A stretch of DNA of 63,503 nt, counting the filler, from Chiloscyllium plagiosum (taxonomy: Eukaryota), in assembly GCF_004010195.1 (NCBI RefSeq). It is 5 parts of one record of this genome, joined end to end, with 100 filler letters (N's around TTAATTAATTAA, not from the genome) between each part and the next. Parts side by side here need not be neighbours in the genome. Positions count along the whole stretch, not along the records: positions 1 to 16,905 come from NC_057712.1; positions 17,006 to 43,430 come from NC_057712.1; 3 more parts are not named here. The stretch is one strand, 5' to 3'. Each line of letters opens with the position of its first letter. Within the stretch, counting starts at the first letter, position 1. Both the position numbers and the translations under genes were made by a program. Below the pieces are notes generated by a model. That model was given only the letters and a program-made list of their open reading frames with translations, ran no database searches and had not been told where the DNA came from. Shown here one piece after another: positions 11,761 through 21,400 of the stretch.

Positions 11761-14700
11761 ATCTTTTTTTTTTCCTTTTTTTTCCTTTTTTTTTACCCCC
11801 ACACTACTGCCTAACTGTGGTAGTGCTTATTTTAATCCCCTGTTTATTTTTATTTATATATATTTTTTTCTTTTTTTTAACACCCACACTACCACCTAAG
11901 TGCGGTAGTGCTTATTTTTTTCCCCAGCAACCATGGTGTGTATGTGCAGGTGTGAGACACAAAGTGCACAAATCTTTATTCAAATTCCACCACCAGGAAG
12001 ACAGGAAAACAATCCCCTGTTTATTTTTTTTTTATTTTTTTAGGTGAACACTCTTGTTTTTTTTTTCCTTTTTTCTTTTTTTTTAATCCCCTATTAACCC
12101 CCACACTACCACCTAAGTGCAGTAGTGCTTATTTTTTTCCCAGCACTCATGGTATGTGTGTGCAGGTGTGAGACACAGTGAAAGACACAAAGTACACCAA
12201 TATTTATTTAAATTCCACCACCAGGAAGACAGGAAAACAATCCCCTGTTTATTTTTTTTTCCTTTTTTTTGAAGCACTTTATTTTTTTTTGTTTAACCCC
12301 CACATTACCACCTAAGTGCGGTAGTGCTTATTTTTTCCCCAGCACCCATGGTGTGTGTGTGCAGGTGTGAGACACAGTGAAAGACAAAAGGTGCACGAAT
12401 CTTTATTCAAATTCTACCACCCGGAAGATAGGAAAACACCCGCGTGGCCAGTGACAAACACTGCCCTTCACATCAAAGGGCAGTGCTGTGTCATCAAAAC
12501 AGTGAGGGGGAGGGTAGGGACTAAATCAAAATAGAGTTGGAGGGAGAAATGATGCACTCCACTCCCTGCGGCGCCCACTTCTCCCTAAACAACTCCAGGG
12601 TGTTGGTGGACACCGCGTGCTCCTTCTCCAAGGACACCCGGGCTCTAACGTAATCGCGGAAGAGGGGCAGGCAATCCCCTGTTTATTCTTTCTTACCCGG
12701 GTGGCCAGTGACAAACACTGTCTTCACCTCAAAGGGCAAGCACACCTGTTTTTTTTTCATGTTTTCTTTTCACTGCCCTTCAAAAACTCCCCTTTTTTTT
12801 TACACTTCCGCCTAACTGCCATAATGCTTATTATTATTATATTATTATTTTTTTCCCCCAGCACCCATGGTGTGTGTGCGCGCAGATGTGAGACACAGTG
12901 AAAGACACAAAGTGCACGAATCTTTATTCAAATTCCACCACCAGGAAGAAAGGAAAGCACCCGCATGGCCTGTGACAAACACTGCCCTTCGCCTCAAAGG
13001 GCAGTGCTGTGGGATCAAAACAGTGAGGGGGAGGGTAGGGACTAAATCAAAATAGAGTTGGAGGGAGAAATGATGCACTCCATTCTCTGCGGCGCTCACC
13101 TCTCCCTGAACAACTCCAGGGTGTTGGTCGACACCGCGTGCTCCTTCTCCAAGGACACCCAGGCTCTAACGTAACCGCGGAAGAGGGGCAGGCAATCCCC
13201 TGTTTATTTTTTTTCTTTTTTTTTCTCAGCAGGGGACTGCTGCGTGCAGCACCCTCCACCCCAGATCCCCGAGAGAAAGGGGGAAGACTCCCGCGTAGAG
13301 AGCCCTCCACTGGGGATCCCCATGGCCCGGTGGCAAATTGGCACGCCAAGGCATGTCCGGACGGTGGATGAGGGAGAAGAGGTGGACGATGTGCAGCAGC
13401 AGTCTATTTATTTTTTTTTTCTTTGGTGTGTGTGCGTAGGTGTGAGACACAGTGAAAGACACAAAGTACACGAATCATAATTCAAATTCCATCACCAGGA
13501 AGATACGAAAACACCCGGGTGGCCAGTGACAAACACTGCCCTTCACATCATAGGGCAGTGCTGTGTGATCAAAAACAGTGAAGGGGGAGGGTAGGGATTA
13601 AATCAAAATAGAGTTGGAGGCAGAAATGATGCACTCCACTCCCTGCGGCGCCCACCTCTCCCTGAACAACTCCAGGGTGTTGGTCGACACAGCGTGCTCC
13701 TTCTCCAAGGACACCCGGGCTCTAACGTAACCGCGGAAGAGGGACAGGCATTCCCCTGTTTATTTTATTTTTTTTTGTTTACATTTCTGTTTTTTTTCTT
13801 TTTTTCTTTCTTCTCTTTTATTTTAATCACCACATTACCACCTAAGTGCGGTAGTGCTTATTTTTACCCCCAGCACCCATGTGGTGTGTGTGCAGGGGTA
13901 AGACACAGTGAAAGACACAAAGTGCACGAATCTTTATTCAAATTCCACCACCAGGAAGATGGGAAAACACCCGGGTGGCCTCTGACAAACACTGCCCTTC
14001 ACATCAAAGGGCAGTGCTGTGTGATCAAAAACAGTGAAAGGGAGGGTAGGGACTAAATCAAAATAGAGTTGGAGGGAGAAATGATGCACTCTACTCTCTG
14101 TGGCACCCACCTATCCCTGAACAACTCCAGGGAGTTGGTCGACACCGCGTGCTCCTTCTCCAAGGACACCCAGGCTCTAACATAACCGCGGAAGAGGGGC
14201 AGGCAATCCCCTGTATTTTTATTTTTTCTTTTTTTTCTTTTAACCCCCACACTACCACCTAAGTGCGGTAGTACTTATTTTATCCCCAGCACCCATGGTG
14301 TGTGTGTGATCCCCTGTTTATTTTTTTTTTTACATTCCTCTTTTTTTTCCTCTCTTTTATTTTAACCCCCACACTACCCTCCAATTTGTTATTATTATTT
14401 TTCTTTTTTTTTCTTTTTCTTTCTTAAATTTAACCCCCACATTACCACCTAAGTGCGGTAGTGCTTATTTTTTTCCCCAGCACCCATGGTGTGTGTGTGC
14501 AGCGGTGAGATACAGTGAAAGACACAAAGTGCACGAATCTTTATTCAAATTCCACCACCAAGAAGATAGGAAAACACATGGGTGGCCAGTGACAAACACT
14601 GCCCTTCACATCAAAGGACAGTGCTGTGTGATCAAAACAGTGAGGGGGAGGGTAGGGACTAAATCAAAATAGAGTTGGAGGGAGAAATAATGCACTCCAC

Positions 14701-16905
14701 TCTCTGCGGCGCCCACCTCTCCCTGAACAACTCCATGGTGTTGGTGGACACCGCGTGCTCCTTCTCCAAGGACACCCGGGCTCTAACGTAACCGCGGAAG
14801 AGGGTCAGGCAATCCCCTGTTTATTTTTTAAATTTTTTTTTAACTTTTTTTTCATTTCTCTTTTTTTTTCCTTTTTTCCCTTTTTTTTATAATTTAACCA
14901 CCACACTACCACCTAAGTGCGGTAGTGCTTATTTTTTCCCCAGCACCCATGGTGTGTGTGTATACGTGTGAGACACAGTGAAAAACACAAAGTGCATGAA
15001 TCTTTATTCAATTTCCACCACCAGGAAGATAGGAAAACACCCGAGTGGCCAGTGACAAACACTGCCCTTCACATCAAAGGGCAGTGCTGTGTGATCAAAA
15101 CAGTGAAGGGGAGGGTAGGGACTAAATCAAAATAGAGTTGGAGGGAGAAATAATGCACTCCACTCTCTGCGGCGCCCTGAACAACTCCAGGGTGTTGGTC
15201 GACACCGCGTGCTCCTTCTCCAAGGACACCCGGGCTCTAACGTAACCGCGGAAGAGGGGCAGGCAGTCGGCCCTAACGACCCCCTCCACGGCCTGCTGCC
15301 TGGACCTGTTAATGGCCAGTTTGGCATTCCCCTCTTTATTTTTTTTTTATTTTATTTTTTTTTAATTTTTTTTTTAAATTTAACCCCCACACTACTGCCT
15401 CACTGCGGTAGTGCTTATTTTTCCCCCAGCACCCATGGTGTGTGTGTGCAGGTGGGAGACACAGTGAAAGACACAGAATGCACGAATTGTTATTCAAATT
15501 CCACCACCAGGAAGATAGGAAAACACCCGGGTGGCCAGTGACAAACACTGCCCTTCAAATCAAAGGGCAGTGCTGTGTGATCAAAACAGTGAAGGGGAGG
15601 GTAGGGATTAAATCAAAATAGAGTTGGAGGGAGAAATGATGCACTCCACTCCCTGCGGCGCCCACCTCTCCCTGAACAACTCCACGGTGTTGGTGGACAC
15701 CGCATGTTCCTTCTCCAAGGACACCCAGGCTCTACCGTAACCGCGGAAGAGGGGCAGGCAATCCCCTGTTTATTTTTTTTAATTATTTTTTTTTCTTCTT
15801 TTTTTCTTTTTTTCTTTTAGGTCCCTGTTTTTTTTTCGCCAGCACCCATGGTGTGTGTGTGTGCAGGTGTGAGACACAGTGAAAGACACAAAGTGCATGG
15901 ATCTTTATTCAAATTCCACCACCAGGAAGATAGGAAAACACCAGGGTGGCCAGTGACAAACACTGCCCTTCACATCAAAGGGCAGTGGTGTGTGATCAAA
16001 ACAGTGAAGGGGAGGGTAGGGACTAAATCAAAATAGAGTTGGAGGGAGAAATAATGCACTCCACTCCCTGCGGCGCCCACCTCTCCCTGAACAACTCCAG
16101 GGTGTTGGTGGACACCGCGTGCTCCTTCTCCAAGGACACCCAGGCTCTAACGTAACCATGGAAGAGGGGCAGGCAATCCCCTGTTCATTTATTTTTTTAA
16201 TTTGTTTATTTTTTTATTTTTTTCCGAGTGGCCAGTGACAAACCCTGCCCTTCACATCAAAGGGCAGTGCTGTGTGATCAAAACAGTGAAATCACCTGTT
16301 TATTTTTATTTTCTCTTTCTTTTAACATCAATGGACATTATTCCCTGACAACTATCTTAGTCCCTTTTTTTTTCTTTATTTTTCTTTTTTCCCCCACACG
16401 ACCACCTAAGTGCGGTAGTGCTGATTATATTTTTTTTCCCCCCAGCACCCATGGTGTGTGTGTGCGCAGGTGTGAGACACAGTGAAAGACATAAAGTGAA
16501 ATCACCTGTTTATTTCTCTTTTTACTAACACTTCCCTTCAAATCGAAAGGGCAGTGCTGTGTGGTTCCTGTGTTTATTTTTTTATATATATTAACCCCCA
16601 CATTACCACCTAAGTGCGGTAATGCTTATTTTTTCCTCAGCACCCATGGTGTGTGTGTGCAGGTGTGAGACACAGTGAAAATCACAAGGTGCACGAATCT
16701 TTATTCAAGTTACACCACCAGAAAGATAGGAAAACACCCGGGTGGCCAGTGACAAACACTGCCCTTCACATCAAAGGGCAGTGATGTGTGATCAAAACAG
16801 TGAAGGGGATGGTAGGGACTAAATCAAAATAGATTTGGAGGGAGAAATGATGCACTCCACTCCCTGCGGCGCCCACCTCTCCCTGAACAACTCCAGGGTG
16901 TTGGT
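11761..16905 (-). mobile_element. Head-to-tail array of about 20 5'-truncated Tx1-clade non-LTR retrotransposon 3' ends, each with its own A-rich tail
   Basis: Long units (about 380 nt) encode DCLPLFRGYVRARVSLEKEHAVSTNTLELFRERWAPQGVECIISPSNSILI* (see ORF 14053-14250), a Tx1-like ORF2 C-terminus, followed by a 3'UTR, a terminal hairpin and poly(A). One unit extends to AKLAINRSRQQAVEGVVRAD (15266-15325). The array runs into the gap at 16906. Confidence 0.85.
13226..13405 (-). mobile_element. Internal Tx1 ORF2 fragment (region just before the C-terminal zinc knuckle)
   Basis: RLLLHIVHLFSLIHRPDMPWRANLPPGHGDPQWRALYAGVFPLSLGDLGWRVLHAAVPC carries the W..LY...DL.WR.LH..VP motif typical of L1/Tx1 ORF2. 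Confidence 0.8.
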
Positions 16906-17005
16906 NNNNNNNNNNNNNNNNNNNNNNNNNNNNNNNNNNNNNNNNNNNNTTAATTAATTAANNNNNNNNNNNNNNNNNNNNNNNNNNNNNNNNNNNNNNN
17001 NNNNN
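16906..17005. other. Assembly gap / artificial contig linker
   Basis: 44 N + TTAATTAATTAA (stops in all six frames) + 44 N. The same linker is at 43431-43530, 50258-50357 and 59153-59252. Confidence 0.98.
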
Positions 17006-18480
17006 GCACCTCACCTGTGACTATCGATGATACAAATATCTCAGCAAGAGGCCCAGCAATCACTTCTCTAGTTTCCCACAGAGTTCTAGGGTACACCTGA
17101 TCAGGTCCTGGGGATTTATCCACCTTTACCCGTTTCAAGACATCCAGCACTTCCTCCTCTGTAATCTGGACATTTTTCAAGATGTCACCATCTATTTCCC
17201 TACATTCTATATCTTCCATATACTTTTCCACAGTAAATACTGATGAAAAATTCCCAGTTAGTATCTTCCCCACTTTCTGCGGCTCCACACAAAGGGCGCC
17301 TTGCTGATCTATGAAAGGCTATTTTGTTCCTTCACAATCTGCAGACCCAGAAATTAACACCATCTTATTACTGTACAAACACTATCCCAGGTTAAATTAA
17401 TAGTTATGGCTTATATTTTAAGTTTAATCAAGAAACATATCTCCAAAAACATATAATCAAGAAAGAACCCACTCTACTCACTACTGCAGATTCTCTGTAG
17501 GCCACACTTAAATAAACGATTAGCTTATCTGATTCTGTACTGTGAACTTCACCCAACAGTTCCTCCAAGATCAGTTGTGAGTTTCATTGTTTGTTAATTT
17601 ACCCAGATGCACTCCGATGTCCAATGATACATGAATTCAAACAGCAAAGGCAGTAACTGTGCAGGTTCTCTCTCTCTCTCTTTCTCTCTCCTGAAATGAC
17701 CTCACTATGTGCTTCCTTTGTCTGTCTTCTGCCTTTTAAAACTGCTGTTGTTTTGACTTTTTTCCCCCAAAGTTCCAAAAACAATGTAATAGCATATAAA
17801 ACATTAATTGCTACTAATTTGAGGAATTTTAGGAAATCACCTCCATCACCTAAAATACCTCAAAAAAGGAGCAACTGTTACATGTAGCCAGATATTTTTC
17901 CCCTCCTGCATCTCCTTTTAAAATCTTTCCCCTCGCCTTAAGTCGATGTCCTCTAGTTTTGGACTCCCCCACTCCAGGGAAAAGACTTTGGCTATTCATG
18001 CTATCCATACCCCTCATGATTTTATAAACCTCTATAAGGTCACCCCTTAGACTCCGACACTCCAGGGAAAACAGCCCCAGTCTATTCAGCCTCTCCCTAG
18101 AGCTCCAATCCCGGCAACATCCTTGTAAATCTTTTATGAACCTTTTCAAGCATCACAACAGCTTTGCTATGGCAGGGAGTCCAAAATTGCACACAATATC
18201 CAAAAAGTGGCCTAACCAATGTCCTATACAGTCGCACCATGACCTCCATATTCCAAAAATCAATGTACTGACCAATAAAGAGAAGTGTACCAAATACCTC
18301 TTCACTATCCTGAATACATGTGACTCCACTTTCAAGGAACTATGAACCTGCCCACCAAGGTCTCTTTGTTCAGCCACAGCCCCCGGGTGCCTTTCCATTA
18401 TTTGTATAAATCCTGCCCTGAATTGCCCGACCAAAACGTAGCACTTTGCCCTACCAAAATGTAGCACCTCACATTTACCT
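17006..18480 (-). mobile_element. CR1 LINE fragments (ORF2 pre-RT region, 5'UTR, ORF2 3' region)
   Basis: ORF 16950-17288 (FSSVFT...KVDKSPGPDQVYPRTLWE.REVIAGPLAEIF), ORFs 17850-18149 and 18153-18467 (LGLFSLE.R.LRGDLIEVYKIM; EQRDLG). 17320-17910 is homologous to 1230-1810. Confidence 0.85.
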
Positions 18481-21400
18481 CAATCATGGTATGAACAACT
18501 GCAATCCCTCTCTTGAAGTGTCCAACCTCTATCTCCCATCCCGCTCACTGGTTCCTGACCCCAGATATAGCTCATATTCTGTGTTCCACGGCTGAACAGC
18601 TTCTTCAGGAACTGTTGCAATCCCAGCAGCGACTACGACCTCCGTTGGTGCCAGCGGAACAAGTAAGCTGACAGACTGACTCTTCTGGTATATGTTGGCT
18701 TCTGCTGGAATGATCAGAAATGACTCAGCTAGATTTGCTGCCACCAAACCCTTTCCTTCGTATTTGTCACAGAAGCCATTAATGTGAAGCAATGCAGGAA
18801 CTGGCCTATGTTCCATGACAGTGCTAAACAGCTGTGGAATGTTTAAATAAAGCACACCAAACTCATGCTCTAGTGTCCTGATGAAGGGTTAAGCATGACA
18901 CATCAACTCTCTTGCTCTTCAGGTGCTGCCTGACCTGCTGTGCTTTTTTCCAGCACCACACTTCATCGACTCTGACTTAGTCATAGAGTTGTACAACATG
19001 GAAACAGACCCTTCGGTCCTACCCGTCCATGCCAACCAGATATCCCAACCCAATCTATTCTCCAGCATCTGCAGTCCTCACTATCTCCTCATACTCAAGT
19101 GTTGACTTCCACCAATGCTCTTAATCCCTCGATGAGAAGCATTTTGTTGATGTTGGCTAGTGTATACTTCAGAATACCTGCCTGAGTTGGATTCCCATTT
19201 CTGACAGAGATAACCTGCCTCTTCATCCGGCCCTGGAGAGAGAAAGGCACCCACCCTACCATGGAAGCACATCAGCATGAAGCATGAGCAGACAACAAGC
19301 CATGTACCTCCACGGGCAGAGCACATGTGAATGGAAAATTTATGTAAGCTTGAATCTGCTCCATCATACTGGATGGAGCATTCCTGTGAGAAGGATGCTA
19401 TCTGGGGATTACAAACTTAATCAAAAACAGGGTGAAAAAGAACACTTTTTGTGAATTATTATTTTTATTTGAAATATGTTTTAAAATACTTGGGAAAGGA
19501 TTCACCCAGGCATCTGTAGAATTTACTTTGTGCTTGAGAATTCCTTTTCTGTTAGATAGTTCTTACCAGATGTTTTGTACCCGATAACATCAAAGATTAC
19601 AAAACACGTTGCAGTCCAGTATGACATGAAGATCTGTTCTTCCGAAGATTAGTTCTTCCGAAGAACTGTTGTGCATTGCAAAACCCATGGACACGTCCTG
19701 TCTGCCCAGTAAACACAGGAAAAGACTCACATGCACAGATTTGATAGAGTGACAGTGAGCAAAAATATATGTAGATGCACATCAGTAAAGTGAACAAGCT
19801 TTTCACAGTGGGCTTTAGACCTTGGTATGTTTGGCCCGTTTTTTCAAAAAGACTCCCACAGCTCTTTACTGTTGTCATCACAATGCCAGAAAATGTAAAA
19901 GAAAGATCCTTATCATCTCTCGCATTTATCAATTCATTGTGTGTGACTGCAATACAAGGTTTGTTTCCATTTTTGGTGGTTTCACTGCTTCACATTACAA
20001 ATACTTCAAAGCAATAAAACCATCAATGAAAGAACAAATAAATTCATTTATAGCTGCAGTGTCCCATCGAGTGTGCCAAATGTATCGTTCAGATTGATGA
20101 ATCACTGTTATCTTTCCTAACTAACTGTAAGCAATACCAGAAGGTTTGCTTAGAAAAATGATCTTTGGGGAACTCTATTTATGAGAGATCTGAAAAAAGG
20201 TTGACGCAATATTCCATCTTCTGGTTTTGTCCAGTAATCCTCTATTGGTTCCAAATAACTCACATAAGCGCAGTTTTTCAACCCTGAGGAAATATTCCCA
20301 TCTCAGAACCCAGTGGACAGTCTCTTCATTTGGGAAAGACCCTCAGTTTATCAAACTTTTCTGTTTTTTGCACAAAATCTTAATAAAATAAAGAAGTACT
20401 GCACTGTTCCATTATTATCCATATCCATCCAATGTCCATTTAAGTGCCATTAATGTCGCCGAGTCTACTACTGTTGCAGGCAGGTCGTTCCACGCCGCTA
20501 CTACTCTCTGAGTGTAGGTTAGATGGGCATCAGATTATTTTCACAGGTCGGTGCAACATCAAGGGCCGAAGGGCCTGTACTACACTGTAACGTTCTATGT
20601 TCTATGAAACACACAACCATCTAAGTAACGGGCTAGCATTTACTTTATAATTGCCATTTTATGTCATGGTGATAGGTGCAGGGTGAGTTCCTCCCTGACA
20701 ATTCCCTTCAATTGACTTTAACCCAAACCCTGTAACAATGATGTAAAGAGCAACAGGTAGGAATGGGAAATTCATTGATTGCACGTCATTGTCAGGGAAA
20801 TGATCCCTAATAGTCAGGTGTCTGTGTCACGGTGACAGGGAATGGTCTGAAAGTTAGCTGATGGATGAGTGGGGCCCCCTGTAGGAGAAACATGGCTGAG
20901 TTTAGGTTGAAATGGAGTTTGTCAAAAATACAGCCAGATTTCGAGAAGAAGGGTATTGAAAAAGACAATTTGAAAGGCAAGAAAAGCATGGGTAAGAATT
21001 TAACTGGAGCAACAGGAAGACCAGGACACTAATTATGTTACCTAACATGGTGATGAAATGTCTTAAAACGAACCTTCCAGCTCAGTGAGCAAACCTACAT
21101 CCAGAACCTCAACCTGAGCTACAAATCTTCTCAAAACTCGCTACCATGACTTAAAATCTGCTTTCTTTGAAGTTAGTAATTTTCTTTGATAAGGTTTGCA
21201 CCTGAGCAAAATCTTTTGAGGTAATATTTTGGTCAAGATCTGAAATCAGCTTGGATTAGTGGCAGAGTTGCTCTGTACCACATTGAGCTGTTACATGATA
21301 CCTGCTCTAGAGTCAACTGGGCGAGAGAATATAAATATTAAATCCTGGATTATTATTTATGAGAGGTATGATTTTAATCGATGCTGCACATTTAGTTTGA

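Noticed and set aside
11706..16485. Phe-rich plus-strand ORFs in the array as membrane proteins
   Set aside because: They are antisense translations of poly(A) tails and Tx1 3'UTR.
11761..16905. CRISPR array or simple satellite
   Set aside because: The context is eukaryotic with no cas genes. Units are A-tailed retrotransposon 3' ends of variable length encoding a Tx1 ORF2 C-terminus, not fixed repeats with unique spacers.
16950..16961. TTAATTAATTAA motif repeated four times in the window
   Set aside because: Always centred in 100-nt N blocks, so it is an artificial linker. Adjacency across these gaps should not be trusted.
18529..18855. 108-aa minus-strand ORF as a host gene
   Set aside because: No recognisable domain or splice structure, and it lies between repeat fragments.
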